Assembly (NCBI GenBank): GCA_029256785.1
Contig: JAQSXG010000001.1
Coordinates: forward strand, 1-43,657
DNA length: 43,657 bases
Direction of reading: 5' to 3'
From: Neobacillus sp.
Lineage (GTDB): Bacteria; Bacillota; Bacilli; Bacillales; Cytobacillaceae
Position 1 is the stretch's first letter; each line of letters begins with the position of its first letter. Both the position numbers and the translations under genes were made by a program. Shown in pieces: positions 1 through 15,918 of the stretch. The notes beneath the pieces were generated by a model that had not been told where the DNA came from, searched no databases, and was given only the letters and a program-made list of their open reading frames with translations.

Positions 1-541
1 CTACCTGAAAAGACACACGCGAAACAGGAGTAAAAATAGAGTCGATAGGAATCACACCGATAGGCTGATCTTCTCTCTTATTTTGTACAGCAGCTGTATA
101 ACCACGCCCGCGCTTCGCAGTTAATCTCATACGAAGATGACCACTTGCTGAAAGTGTAGCAATATGAAGGTCAGGATTTAAGATTTCAACATCACTATCA
201 TGTGTGATATTTCCAGCCTTAACTACCCGTTCACCTTGAACATCAATTTCAAGTGTCTTCTCTTCATCAGAATAGATTTTCAACGCTAATTTTTTAATGT
301 TTAAAATGATGGATGTAACATCCTCTACAACGCCTTCAATTGTTGAGAACTCATGAAGCACCCCATCGACCTGAATCGATGTAACAGCGGCACCTGGGAG
401 TGAAGATAATAGGATACGACGTAAGGAGTTACCCAAAGTGGTACCATATCCACGCTCAAGTGGCTCTACGATGAACTTACCAAACTTGGCATCATCGTTG
501 ATCTCAACCGTTTCGATTTTTGGTTTTTCTATTTCAATCAT
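1..541 (-). CDS. rpoA: RNA polymerase alpha subunit, 5' part (runs off the window's left edge)
   Basis: Hand translation from ATG at 541 gives [50 protein letters not shown]; AAGGAGG RBS upstream; follows rpsK. Confidence 0.98.
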   Translation of the reverse strand, partial: MIEIEKPKIETVEINDDAKFGKFIVEPLERGYGTTLGNSLRRILLSSLPGAAVTSIQVDGVLHEFSTIEGVVEDVTSIILNIKKLALKIYSDEEKTLEIDVQGERVVKAGNITHDSDVEILNPDLHIATLSASGHLRMRLTAKRGRGYTAAVQNKREDQPIGVIPIDSIFTPVSRVSFQV

Positions 542-714
542 CAAATAACCCTCCTTCAAAACGTCGAAACCCCGATTAGTTTATTCTAACCGAAATTCCC
601 CTATGTTTACGTTCCCGCTTTGTGCACAACAACTGGAATAAATTTTCTGTATAAGAACGAAATTATAGTACATATCCCATTATAGACATAGGATACAAAT
701 TCTATACAGAAAAA

Positions 715-1104
<390 letters not shown>

Positions 1105-1125
1105 TTAAATAACCTCCTTTGCCGA

Positions 1126-1491
1126 TTACTTCTTCTTGTTCGCTACAGTCTTACGAGGACCTTTGCGTGTACGAGCGTTGTTTTTCGTATTTTGTCCACG
1201 AACCGGTAAACCACGACGATGACGTAATCCGCGGTAGCAGCCGATTTCCATTAAACGCTTAATGTTAAGAGAAATTTCACGGCGAAGGTCACCTTCAACT
1301 TTTAGTTTGTCGATGATATCACGGATTTTGTTTAATTCGTCTTCTGTTAGATCACGCACTCGAGTACTTTCTGAAACACCAGCTTCAGCTAATACTTTTT
1401 GTGCAGTATTTTTACCAATACCATAAATGTAAGTTAAAGATATTACTACACGTTTTTCACGTGGAATATCTACACCAGCAATACGTGCCAT
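1126..1491 (-). CDS. rpsM: 30S ribosomal protein S13
   Basis: [10 protein letters not shown]...[13 protein letters not shown]; start moved to the ATG at 1491 behind an AAGGAGG RBS. Confidence 0.99.
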   Translation of the reverse strand: MARIAGVDIPREKRVVISLTYIYGIGKNTAQKVLAEAGVSESTRVRDLTEDELNKIRDIIDKLKVEGDLRREISLNIKRLMEIGCYRGLRHRRGLPVRGQNTKNNARTRKGPRKTVANKKK

Positions 1492-1514
1492 AAATGAGCG
1501 CACCTCCTTCAAGA

Positions 1515-1884
<370 letters not shown>

Positions 1885-1902
1885 TAGACTCGTCTCCCTT
1901 CT

Positions 1903-2119
1903 CTATTCAGATAAGCGTTCATTATTTGATTGTGCAAAGCAAAAGCTCTCATTACATGCACGTTCTGATTCCTTCATACTGTTCTGAACCTAGAAGAAGC
2001 GTAATCAATAAATAACCAACTTTACAAGTATAACATATTGATTAGCATTCGTCCGTTAGAAACAATTAGAAATTGCACAGTTTTGGATTTTGACCGAATT
2101 GAACATTGAAATCTACCAA
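1903..2119 (-). pseudogene. Degraded relic of a KOW-domain/L14e-like RNA-binding protein gene (ybzG-like)
   Basis: Broken-frame fragments NPKL, QFLIVSNGR, ANQYVILVKLV, IDYASS and VQNSMKESERACNESFCFAQSNNERLSE* resemble the Bacillus KOW protein normally found between map and infA; stops, frameshifts and an apparent internal deletion. Confidence 0.6.
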
Positions 2120-2120
2120 T

Positions 2121-3532
<1,412 letters not shown>

Positions 3533-3573
3533 CTAATTATCGGTTTAGGAGACCTAAGTCCCCAAAACCATTA

Positions 3574-4872
3574 TTATTTGATGAAACCTTTATAATGACG
3601 TTTAACTAATTGTGATTCAAGCTGTTTCATCGTATCAAGTGCAACACCCACTACGATTAATAAGCTAGTTCCTCCAATTTGTGCTGATTGCGGTAGGTTC
3701 GCTATTTCAATAAAGAACATAGGAAGTACAGAAATAACAGCTAGGAAGAGTGCACCAACAAATGTTAAACGATACAATACGCGTGTCAAATATTCTTTTG
3801 TACTCTTACCTGGTCTAATACCTGGTATATAACCACTTTGCTTTTGCAAATTTTCTGCAGCTTGTTCAGGGTTTACCTGAATGAAAGCATAGAAATAAGT
3901 AAATGCAATAATTAGAGCAGCATAAAGAGTCATCCCAATTGGGTGGGAATAATCAAATACTTTTGTAATCCAAAGAGTTACATCATTAGTCGGAAAGAAA
4001 GATGCAATGGTTCTAGGAGTTACAATAAATGAAACAGCGAAAATTACTGGGATAACACCAGCAGCATTTACCTTTAAAGGCATATGCGTTGACTGTTGCG
4101 CACCAGCATTACGTCCGTTAATTGCACGTTGTTTTGCATATTGAATTGGAATTTTTCTTATTGCTTGTTGAATAAAGATAGTTCCAACAACAATTGCAAT
4201 AACAGCAAGTACAATTAAGACTACAGTTATAATTCGAAGGAATAACTGGTCACCGGCATTTTCAAATTGTTGAACATAGATCTGGTTAACCGTGCTTGGA
4301 ATACTTGCAACAATACCAGCAAAGATGATGATGGAAATACCATTTCCAACACCTTTCTCGGTAATTTGCTCACCAACCCATAATAAGAACGCAGTACCAG
4401 CAGTTAAAACAACCGCAATTAATAAATACGTACCAATACCAGGGTTTTTAATTAACTGACCACTTGCCATACTATTAAAGCCATAAGACATACCTAAAGC
4501 TTGAATAAAGCCAAGTACAATTGTGAAATAACGTGTAAATTGAGCTAATTTACGTCGACCAGCATCACCCTGTTTTGACCATTCCGTGAATTTCGGAACA
4601 ACATCCATTTGCAATAACTGAATAATAATCGAAGCCGTGATGTACGGCATAATACCCATGGCTAAAATGGAGAAGTTTTGCAACGCCCCACCACCAAAGG
4701 TATTTAGAATACCGAACACACTTAATTTATCTTGTGCTGCGAGTATATCAGCATTAACATTTGGTACAGGAATGAAGGTACCTAAACGAAATACTATTAA
4801 CATTAACAGTGTATAAAACACTTTTTTTCTAATATCACCGACGCGCATAAAATTGGAGATTGTCTGGAACAT
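3574..4872 (-). CDS. secY: Preprotein translocase subunit SecY
   Basis: SILAMGIMPYITASII, GVGNGISIIIF, IPGIRPG and GGTSLLIVVGV motifs; hydrophobic segments. Confidence 0.99.
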   Translation of the reverse strand: MFQTISNFMRVGDIRKKVFYTLLMLIVFRLGTFIPVPNVNADILAAQDKLSVFGILNTFGGGALQNFSILAMGIMPYITASIIIQLLQMDVVPKFTEWSKQGDAGRRKLAQFTRYFTIVLGFIQALGMSYGFNSMASGQLIKNPGIGTYLLIAVVLTAGTAFLLWVGEQITEKGVGNGISIIIFAGIVASIPSTVNQIYVQQFENAGDQLFLRIITVVLIVLAVIAIVVGTIFIQQAIRKIPIQYAKQRAINGRNAGAQQSTHMPLKVNAAGVIPVIFAVSFIVTPRTIASFFPTNDVTLWITKVFDYSHPIGMTLYAALIIAFTYFYAFIQVNPEQAAENLQKQSGYIPGIRPGKSTKEYLTRVLYRLTFVGALFLAVISVLPMFFIEIANLPQSAQIGGTSLLIVVGVALDTMKQLESQLVKRHYKGFIK

Positions 4873-5312
4873 TAGATCACCTCAGCAGTTCCGCCTACAG
4901 CTTCAATTGCTTCTTTGGCAGTAGAGGAGAATTTGTGAGCTTTAACTGTAAGTTTTTTCTCTACCTTACCTTTTGCAAGAATCTTGATTCCTGCTCTCTC
5001 GTTCTTAACAACACCTGTTTCGATAAGAAGTTCTGGAGTAACTTCAGTACCGTCTTCGAAGCGGTTAAGAGCGTCAAGGTTTACAACGGCATATTCTTTG
5101 CGGTTTACGTTAGTAAAACCACGTTTAGGCAAACGACGGAATAAAGGTGTTTGACCACCCTCAAAACCTAGGCGGACACCTCCGCCGGAACGAGCATTTT
5201 GACCTTTATGTCCTTTACCTGCAGTTTTACCTTGACCAGAAGCGGTACCGCGGCCTAGACGTTTACGTTCTCTACGAGAACCCTCTGCGGGTTTTAGTTC
5301 ATGAAGTTTCAT
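4872..5312 (-). CDS. rplO: 50S ribosomal protein L15
   Basis: [19 protein letters not shown] and [17 protein letters not shown]. Confidence 0.99.
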   Translation of the reverse strand: MKLHELKPAEGSRRERKRLGRGTASGQGKTAGKGHKGQNARSGGGVRLGFEGGQTPLFRRLPKRGFTNVNRKEYAVVNLDALNRFEDGTEVTPELLIETGVVKNERAGIKILAKGKVEKKLTVKAHKFSSTAKEAIEAVGGTAEVI

Positions 5313-5344
5313 ATTGGCACCTCCTTATGAAAGAAAAGAATCCA

Positions 5345-5527
5345 TTATTGTTCTTTAACTGTTACAAGGTGAGCAACTTTTGTGATCATACCACGAATAG
5401 CAGCATTATCTTGGTGCTCAACTGTTTGATTTAATTTACGTAAACCTAAAGCTGTAACTGTTGCGCGTTGATCTTCAGGACGACCAATTACGCTACGGCT
5501 GAGGGTAACTAATAGTTTGTTTGCCAT
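5345..5527 (-). CDS. rpmD: 50S ribosomal protein L30
   Basis: [21 protein letters not shown]; spc operon position. Confidence 0.98.
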   Translation of the reverse strand: MANKLLVTLSRSVIGRPEDQRATVTALGLRKLNQTVEHQDNAAIRGMITKVAHLVTVKEQ

Positions 5528-5540
5528 TTGATTTCCCTCC

Positions 5541-6044
5541 TTATCCTAACAGTTCTTCTACTGATTTTCCACGTAATTTCGCTACGTCTTCAGCACGTTT
5601 TAATTGTTTTAAACCATCTAATGTTGCACGAACCATGTTAATTGGTGTGTTTGTTCCAAGTGATTTAGAAAGGATATCGCCTACACCGGCTAACTCAAGA
5701 ACTGCACGTACTGGTCCACCAGCAATAACTCCTGTACCTTCTGAAGCAGGTTTTAAGAAGATTTCGCCAGCACCAAAACGTCCAATTACTTGGTGAGGAA
5801 TAGTTGTTCCAACCATTGCAACTTCGATTAGGTTTTTCTTCGCGTCTTCAATCGCTTTACGAATTGCGTCAGGTACTTCTTGAGCTTTACCAGTACCAAA
5901 ACCAACATGACCGTTTTTATCACCAACTACTACTAGAGCAGAGAAGCGAAAACGACGACCACCTTTAACAACTTTCGCAACACGGTTAATCGTAACTACG
6001 CGTTCTTCTAGTTCAAGTTTGTTTGGATCAATACGACGTATCAT
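5541..6044 (-). CDS. rpsE: 30S ribosomal protein S5
   Basis: [23 protein letters not shown]. Confidence 0.99.
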   Translation of the reverse strand: MIRRIDPNKLELEERVVTINRVAKVVKGGRRFRFSALVVVGDKNGHVGFGTGKAQEVPDAIRKAIEDAKKNLIEVAMVGTTIPHQVIGRFGAGEIFLKPASEGTGVIAGGPVRAVLELAGVGDILSKSLGTNTPINMVRATLDGLKQLKRAEDVAKLRGKSVEELLG

Positions 6045-6067
6045 TTTGTGTGTCCCTCCTTTGTCTA

Positions 6068-6430
6068 TTAAAATTGTAGGCCGTTTTCACGAGCAGCATC
6101 TGCTAATGCTTGAATACGTCCGTGATATAGGTAGCCCCCACGGTCAAAAACAACAGAAGAGATACCTTTTTCAACCGCACGTTTAGCGACTAATTCTCCG
6201 ACTTTTTGTGCAGCTTCTAAATTTGTTGTAGATTCAAGTTCGAACTCTTTATCTAATGTAGAAGCACTTGTTAAAGTTACTCCACTCATGTCATCGATAA
6301 GTTGCGCATAAATATGTTTGTTAGAACGAAACACATTTAGGCGTGGACGAGCTGAAGTACCGCTAAGTTTCGCACGAACACGAGCATGTCTTTTCTTGCG
6401 AGTAGCGTTTTTGTCAAGCTTCGTAATCAT
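6068..6430 (-). CDS. rplR: 50S ribosomal protein L18
   Basis: [16 protein letters not shown] and [12 protein letters not shown]. Confidence 0.99.
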   Translation of the reverse strand: MITKLDKNATRKKRHARVRAKLSGTSARPRLNVFRSNKHIYAQLIDDMSGVTLTSASTLDKEFELESTTNLEAAQKVGELVAKRAVEKGISSVVFDRGGYLYHGRIQALADAARENGLQF

Positions 6431-6463
6431 TTACGTCACTCCTTTCGTTTTACCTATGCGGCA

Positions 6464-7000
6464 TTACTTACCTGTTTTACCTTCTTTACGACGAACAAAT
6501 TCGCCTTCATAACGGATTCCTTTGCCTTTATACGGCTCGGGAGGACGGACTTGACGGATATTAGCTGCTAATGCACCTACACGTTCTTTGTCAATCCCTT
6601 TAATTGTTATTTTTGTATTAGTAGGAACTTCAATTTCAAGTCCTGCTTCAGGATTAAATTCAACTGGATGAGAATATCCAACATTTAATACAAGCTTAGT
6701 ACCTTGCTTTTGAGCACGGTAACCAACCCCGATTAATTCTAATTTTCTTTCAAAACCTGCAGATACACCTTCAACCATGTTCGCGATTACCGCACGTGTT
6801 GTACCGTGTAATGCACGGTGTTCTTTCGAATCAGATGGGCGAGTAACAGTTAATGTGTTTTCTTCAACACTAATTACGATATCGGGATTAAAAGAGCGAC
6901 TTAATTCACCTTTAGGTCCCTTAACAGTAACGTTGCCATTAACAACAGTAACCGTAACTCCAGCAGGAATTTCAATAGGTAGTTTTCCTATACGAGACAT
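6464..7000 (-). CDS. rplF: 50S ribosomal protein L6
   Basis: MSRIGK...[13 protein letters not shown]. Confidence 0.99.
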   Translation of the reverse strand: MSRIGKLPIEIPAGVTVTVVNGNVTVKGPKGELSRSFNPDIVISVEENTLTVTRPSDSKEHRALHGTTRAVIANMVEGVSAGFERKLELIGVGYRAQKQGTKLVLNVGYSHPVEFNPEAGLEIEVPTNTKITIKGIDKERVGALAANIRQVRPPEPYKGKGIRYEGEFVRRKEGKTGK

Positions 7001-7031
7001 TTAGTGCACCTCCATTCATTCAGAAACTCGA

Positions 7032-7430
7032 TTACCAAACGTAAGCTAGAACTTCTCCGCCAATTTGGTTAGCACGAGCTTGTTTATCAGTAATAACACC
7101 TTGTGATGTTGAAACTAATGCGATACCAAGACCGTTAAGTACACGTGGTACCTCAGTAGATTTTGCGTAAACTCGAAGTCCAGGCTTGCTTATGCGCTTT
7201 AGACCAGTGATAACACGTTCGTTATTTGAACCGTACTTCAAGAAGATACGGATAATACCTTGTTTGTTGTCTTCAATAAACTCGACATCACGAACGAAAC
7301 CTTCACGCTTTAAAATTTCAGCAATTTCTTTTTTCATATTAGAAGCAGGCACTTCTAACTTTTCGTGACGCACCATGTTCGCATTACGAATGCGAGTAAG
7401 CATATCAGCAATTGGATCTGTCATGACCAT
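7032..7430 (-). CDS. rpsH: 30S ribosomal protein S8
   Basis: [13 protein letters not shown] and SKPGLRVY. Confidence 0.99.
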   Translation of the reverse strand: MVMTDPIADMLTRIRNANMVRHEKLEVPASNMKKEIAEILKREGFVRDVEFIEDNKQGIIRIFLKYGSNNERVITGLKRISKPGLRVYAKSTEVPRVLNGLGIALVSTSQGVITDKQARANQIGGEVLAYVW

Positions 7431-7459
7431 TATTTTTACCTCCTTCCCAGACTTGGGTT

Positions 7460-7669
<210 letters not shown>

Positions 7670-8209
7670 TTACTTTTGGAATGGCATTCCAAATTGTGTT
7701 AACAGTTCACGTGCTTCTTCATCCGTGTTAGCAGTAGTTACGATAACGATATCCATTCCACGAACCTTGCTTACTTTATCATAATCAATTTCAGGGAAGA
7801 TTAATTGTTCTTTTACACCCAATGTGTAGTTACCGCGACCATCGAATGCTTTCTTAGAGATACCACGGAAATCACGTACACGCGGTAAAGAAACAGAAAC
7901 TAATTTATCTAAGAATTCGTACATACGCTCACCGCGAAGAGTTACCTTTGCACCAATCGGCATACCTTCACGTAAACGGAAACCAGCGATTGATTTTTTT
8001 GCACGAGTTACAACAGGTTTTTGACCTGTGATCGTCGCTAATTCTTCAACAGCATTATCTAATGCTTTTGCGTTTGATACAGCATCACCCACACCCATGT
8101 TGATAACAATTTTATCTAGTTGTGGCACTTGCATTACTGATTTATAGTTGAACTTGCTCATAAGAGCAGGTGTTACTTCTTTAACAAACTTTTCTTTTAG
8201 GCGGCTCAC
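7670..8209 (-). CDS. rplE: 50S ribosomal protein L5
   Basis: [15 protein letters not shown] and LPRVRDFRG. Confidence 0.99.
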   Translation of the reverse strand: MSRLKEKFVKEVTPALMSKFNYKSVMQVPQLDKIVINMGVGDAVSNAKALDNAVEELATITGQKPVVTRAKKSIAGFRLREGMPIGAKVTLRGERMYEFLDKLVSVSLPRVRDFRGISKKAFDGRGNYTLGVKEQLIFPEIDYDKVSKVRGMDIVIVTTANTDEEARELLTQFGMPFQK

Positions 8210-8237
8210 TTATTGTACCTCCCTTCTAAAATTTAAA

Positions 8238-8546
8238 CTATTTATCTAAAATTTCACCAGATTTTGCTACACGAACTTTTTTGCCATCAACCGTTTTGTA
8301 ACCTACACGAGTTGGGTTACCAGACTTAGGGTCGATAGGTAAAACGTTTGATACATGAATTGGCGCCTCAAAGGTCATAATTCCACCTTGAGGATTCACT
8401 TGTGAAGGTTTCGCATGTTTTTTCACGATGTTTACACCTTCTACTAGTACACGGTTATCTTTAGGATAGGCAGCTAGGATCACACCTGTTTTACCTTTAT
8501 CCTTACCAGATAAGACCTTAACCTTATCACCTTTTTTCACATGCAT
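8238..8546 (-). CDS. rplX: 50S ribosomal protein L24
   Basis: [22 protein letters not shown] motif; start moved to 8546 behind an AAGGAGG RBS. Confidence 0.98.
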   Translation of the reverse strand: MHVKKGDKVKVLSGKDKGKTGVILAAYPKDNRVLVEGVNIVKKHAKPSQVNPQGGIMTFEAPIHVSNVLPIDPKSGNPTRVGYKTVDGKKVRVAKSGEILDK

Positions 8547-8581
8547 CAGTAAGCACCTCCTTAAAGGCAATTGAATTTATA

Positions 8582-8977
<396 letters not shown>

Positions 8978-8990
8978 TTAATCCGAACAA

Positions 8991-9254
8991 TTAAATAATA
9001 ACTGCTTTTTGTGTAACTTCTACTAAACGGAATCTCTTTGTCGCTGAAAGCGGACGAGTTTCCATGATACGTACGATATCGCCGATTTTTGCTTCGTTTT
9101 GCTCATCATGAGCTTTAAACTTTTTAGAGTACTTAACGCGTTTACCGTATAATGGATGTGTTTTATAAGTCTCAATTAGAACAGTAATGGTTTTATCCAT
9201 TTTGTCAGAAACAACACGACCAGTGTAAACTTTGCGCTGGTTACGTTCACTCAT
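8991..9254 (-). CDS. rpsQ: 30S ribosomal protein S17
   Basis: [12 protein letters not shown] and [11 protein letters not shown]. Confidence 0.99.
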   Translation of the reverse strand: MSERNQRKVYTGRVVSDKMDKTITVLIETYKTHPLYGKRVKYSKKFKAHDEQNEAKIGDIVRIMETRPLSATKRFRLVEVTQKAVII

Positions 9255-9277
9255 AGTGTGAACCTCCTCTCAGGTAA

Positions 9278-10560
<1,283 letters not shown>

Positions 10561-10563
10561 TGA

Positions 10564-11201
<638 letters not shown>

Positions 11202-11261
11202 GGATGGACCTCCCTTCGTGATTGTTCTACGGTTCGTTCTTGGAACCGTAGTGCAACCCCG

Positions 11262-12110
<849 letters not shown>

Positions 12111-12121
12111 TTATTAGCTTC

Positions 12122-12406
12122 TTAAGCTTCAAAGAATTCGATTTCTTTGCTATTAGCTGTTAATTTAACAATTGCCTTACGACGTTTGTTTGTGTAACCA
12201 CCGAATTTACCCATGCGTTTAAATTTACCTTTATAGTTCATGATATTAACTTTCTCAACTTCAACGCCGAAGATTTCTTTAATCGCATCTTTAACTTGAG
12301 TTTTGTTAGCTCTAACATCAACTTCAAAAGTATATTTTTTTTCTGCCATTAGGTCAGTAGAACGTTCAGTGATAACGGGGCGCTTAATGATATCGCGTGC
12401 ATCCAT
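12122..12406 (-). CDS. rplW: 50S ribosomal protein L23
   Basis: RPVITE...KYTFEV...RKAIVKL. Confidence 0.99.
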   Translation of the reverse strand: MDARDIIKRPVITERSTDLMAEKKYTFEVDVRANKTQVKDAIKEIFGVEVEKVNIMNYKGKFKRMGKFGGYTNKRRKAIVKLTANSKEIEFFEA

Positions 12407-13029
12407 TATGCAAGCACCTCCTCTACTTTTTCAACTGCAGCTTTCGTCATGATTAACTTATCATGATTTACAACATCCAATACATTGATTCCATCAGCAG
12501 TTACTACTGTTACACCAGGAATATTACGAGCAGAAAGTGCTACATTCTCATCAAGGTCAGCAGTTACGATAAGTGCTTTCTTATCTACAGAAAGACCACC
12601 TAATACCGCTTTGAAATCTCTTGTTTTTGGTGCATCGAAAGCTAAGCTTTCTAATACTAACATTTTTTCTTCTAACACTTTAGTTGAAAGTGCAGATTTA
12701 ATCGCTAAGCGACGTACCTTTTTCGGTAATTTGTATGAATAGCTGCGTGGTGTTGGTCCGAAAACAATACCACCTCCGCGCCATTGTGGAGAACGGATTG
12801 ACCCTTGACGAGCACGACCAGTTCCTTTTTGACGCCATGGTTTGCGTCCGCCACCGCGTACTTCAGAACGAACTTTAACTTTATGAGTTCCTTGACGTAG
12901 CGAAGCTCTTTGCATAACGATCGCTTCAAATAATACGTGTTGGTTAGGTTCGATACCAAATACTGATTCATTAAGTTCGATTTCACCAACTTGTGAACCG
13001 CCTTGGTTAAATAATGAAACTTTAGGCAT
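12406..13029 (-). CDS. rplD: 50S ribosomal protein L4
   Basis: [25 protein letters not shown]. Confidence 0.99.
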   Translation of the reverse strand: MPKVSLFNQGGSQVGEIELNESVFGIEPNQHVLFEAIVMQRASLRQGTHKVKVRSEVRGGGRKPWRQKGTGRARQGSIRSPQWRGGGIVFGPTPRSYSYKLPKKVRRLAIKSALSTKVLEEKMLVLESLAFDAPKTRDFKAVLGGLSVDKKALIVTADLDENVALSARNIPGVTVVTADGINVLDVVNHDKLIMTKAAVEKVEEVLA

Positions 13030-13058
13030 TCTTTTGCTCCTCCTTTCTTATGAAGATG

Positions 13059-13685
13059 TTACGCTTTAACCGCACCTTTGACCTTTAATAAACCTTTTCT
13101 TGGTCCTGGAACGTTACCTTTAATTAAAAGTAAATTACGTTCTACATCAACTTTAATGATTTCAAGATTTTGAACTGTTACTTGTTCTCCACCCATGCGA
13201 CCTGGTAATAGTTTACCTTTGAATACACGGTTAGGAGCTACAGGACCCATTGAACCTGGGCGACGGTGATAACGAGATCCGTGAGCCATTGGTCCGCGAG
13301 ATTGTCCGTGGCGTTTAATTACACCTTGGAATCCTTTACCCTTTGAGATACCTGTTACATCTACTACATCGCCTGCAGCGAAAATATCAACTTTGACTTC
13401 TTGACCAACTTCATATCCTGCTAAGTCATCTCCGCGGAATTCGCGTAAGAAGCGCTTAGGAGTAGTATTTGCTTTTGAAACATGTCCCTTTTCAGGTTTA
13501 TTAGCTAACTTTTCACGTTTGTCATCAAAACCAACTTGTACAGCAACATATCCGTCACTTTCAACAGTCTTCTTTTGAAGAACTACGTTTGCAGCAGCCT
13601 CAACAACAGTTACAGGAATTAAGTTACCATTCTCTGCAAATACTTGAGTCATACCAATCTTTCTTCCTAAGATTCCTTTGGTCAT
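13059..13685 (-). CDS. rplC: 50S ribosomal protein L3
   Basis: [18 protein letters not shown] and HRRPGS. Confidence 0.99.
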   Translation of the reverse strand: MTKGILGRKIGMTQVFAENGNLIPVTVVEAAANVVLQKKTVESDGYVAVQVGFDDKREKLANKPEKGHVSKANTTPKRFLREFRGDDLAGYEVGQEVKVDIFAAGDVVDVTGISKGKGFQGVIKRHGQSRGPMAHGSRYHRRPGSMGPVAPNRVFKGKLLPGRMGGEQVTVQNLEIIKVDVERNLLLIKGNVPGPRKGLLKVKGAVKA

Positions 13686-13723
13686 TTAAGTCACACCTCC
13701 TAGATAATTGTTATTTATTGTGA

Positions 13724-14161
<438 letters not shown>

Positions 14162-14167
14162 TTGTCT

Positions 14168-14196
14168 ATTATACATAAAACCCAGATGAAACGCAA
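14168..14196 (-). promoter_or_regulatory. SigA promoter P2 of the S10 operon
   Basis: TTGCGT-17 nt-TATAAT on the minus strand. Confidence 0.8.
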
Positions 14197-14242
14197 CACT
14201 TATTACGTTTTTCTTTTCGTTTATGTTTTGAACACTTTTCCT

Positions 14243-14271
14243 ATTATAACGACCTTATCTCCTAATTACAA
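14243..14271 (-). promoter_or_regulatory. SigA promoter P1 of the S10 operon
   Basis: TTGTAA-17 nt-TATAAT; tandem S10 promoters are known in B. subtilis. Confidence 0.8.
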
Positions 14272-14365
14272 TAGTAAATATCATTCTCCAGAAATATCCT
14301 AGAACTAAATTTCGTTCAAGTATTTAAAGAGAAGTATTTATATAGAAGAAACTCGAATTTTAAAA

Positions 14366-14553
14366 TAGGCTGTGTTAAACATGGCTGTTGATTGGAGCTC
14401 CAAGCACTTCGCATTCCGCGGGCAGTCCGGGAGCCTCCTCGTCGATTCGCTCCTGCGCGGTCTCCCGTGACTTGCTCTTCCCGCAGGAGTCTCGTACATT
14501 CCACCCCAATCAACAGAGTCTGTAAAATCAACATTTACCTCTAACACAGCCTA
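14366..14553. mobile_element. MITE-like intergenic repeat (188 bp) with terminal inverted repeats
   Basis: Perfect 12-bp terminal IR TAGGCTGTGTTA/TAACACAGCCTA; inner IR CTGTTGATTGG/CCAATCAACAG; GC-rich nested hairpin core set in AT-rich flanks. Confidence 0.8.
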
Positions 14554-14591
14554 AAAATAAAAAAACAGATGGATCGTCATCCATCTGTTTT
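14554..14591 (-). terminator. Intrinsic terminator of tuf (str operon)
   Basis: AAAACAGATGGAT-GACG-ATCCATCTGTTTT followed by more Ts on the minus strand. Confidence 0.9.
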
Positions 14592-14603
14592 AGTAACTTT
14601 ATA

Positions 14604-15791
14604 CTATTCTTGAATTGTTGCTACAACGCCAGCGCCTACAGTACGGCCACCCTCACGGATAGAGAACTTTGTACCTTCTTCAATAGCGATTGGAGCAATA
14701 AGTTCTACAGTCATTTCAATGTTATCGCCAGGCATAACCATTTCTACGCCTTCTGGAAGATTACAAATACCAGTAATATCAGAAGTACGGAAATAGAATT
14801 GTGGACGGTAGTTAGTGAAGAATGGAGTATGACGTCCACCTTCTTCTTTAGAAAGAACATAAACTTCAGCTTTGAACTTTGTGTGTGGAGTGATAGTTTT
14901 TGGCTTAGCTAAAACTTGTCCACGCTCGATTTCTTCACGTGCAACACCACGTAGAAGAGCTCCAATGTTATCGCCAGCTTCTGCATAATCAAGAAGCTTA
15001 CGGAACATTTCAACACCAGTTACAGTTGTAGATTTTGGCTCTTCAGTTAAACCAACGATTTCAACTACGTCACCAACTTTAACTACTCCACGCTCAACAC
15101 GTCCAGTAGCAACAGTTCCACGACCAGTGATAGAGAAAACATCCTCAACAGGCATCATGAATGGCTTTTCAGTGTCACGTGCAGGTGTTGGGATATACTC
15201 ATCAACAGCAGTCATAAGTTCAACAACTTTTTCTTCCCAAGCTGCATCGCCTTCTAATGCTTTAAGAGCAGAACCTTTGATAACTGGAGTGTCATCACCA
15301 GGGAATTCATATTCAGTTAATAGATCGCGAATTTCCATTTCTACTAATTCAAGTAATTCTTCGTCATCAACCATATCACACTTGTTCATGAATACAACAA
15401 GGTATGGTACACCTACTTGACGAGATAAAAGGATGTGCTCACGAGTTTGTGGCATTGGGCCATCAGTTGCAGATACAACTAGAATACCGCCGTCCATTTG
15501 TGCAGCACCTGTAATCATGTTCTTAACATAGTCAGCGTGTCCTGGGCAGTCTACGTGTGCATAGTGACGACTTGCAGTCTCATACTCAACGTGTGCTGTA
15601 GAAATTGTGATTCCACGCTCTTTTTCTTCTGGAGCCGCGTCAATTTGGTCATATCCTTTTGCTTCTGCTCCACCAACTTTTGCAAGAACAGTTGTGATTG
15701 CAGCAGTTAGAGTTGTTTTACCATGGTCAACGTGACCAATTGTACCAATATTTACGTGTGGCTTTGAACGGTCGAATTTAGCTTTACCCAT
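14604..15791 (-). CDS. tuf: Elongation factor Tu
   Basis: [18 protein letters not shown] and NKCD motifs. Confidence 0.99.
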   Translation of the reverse strand: MGKAKFDRSKPHVNIGTIGHVDHGKTTLTAAITTVLAKVGGAEAKGYDQIDAAPEEKERGITISTAHVEYETASRHYAHVDCPGHADYVKNMITGAAQMDGGILVVSATDGPMPQTREHILLSRQVGVPYLVVFMNKCDMVDDEELLELVEMEIRDLLTEYEFPGDDTPVIKGSALKALEGDAAWEEKVVELMTAVDEYIPTPARDTEKPFMMPVEDVFSITGRGTVATGRVERGVVKVGDVVEIVGLTEEPKSTTVTGVEMFRKLLDYAEAGDNIGALLRGVAREEIERGQVLAKPKTITPHTKFKAEVYVLSKEEGGRHTPFFTNYRPQFYFRTSDITGICNLPEGVEMVMPGDNIEMTVELIAPIAIEEGTKFSIREGGRTVGAGVVATIQE

Positions 15792-15889
15792 TAGGAAATC
15801 CTCCTTTAAATTTTAAAAGTTAAGTATTTTGTGTGAAAACTGTAATATAGGTTGTCCTAAAATTTACAGTTTTCACGTATACATAAGTA

Positions 15890-15918
15890 GTTATACTTTA
15901 TAGAAAGGTGAAAATCAA
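15890..15918 (-). promoter_or_regulatory. Internal SigA promoter of tuf
   Basis: TTGATT-17 nt-TATAAC directly after the fusA stop, matching the known Bacillus tuf promoter position. Confidence 0.8.

Noticed and set aside
14316-14547. Two short minus-strand ORFs (72 and 69 aa) between tuf and rpsJ
   Set aside because: Both lie across the MITE-like repeat, downstream of the tuf terminator, and show no recognisable protein features; they are probably by-products of the GC-rich hairpin.
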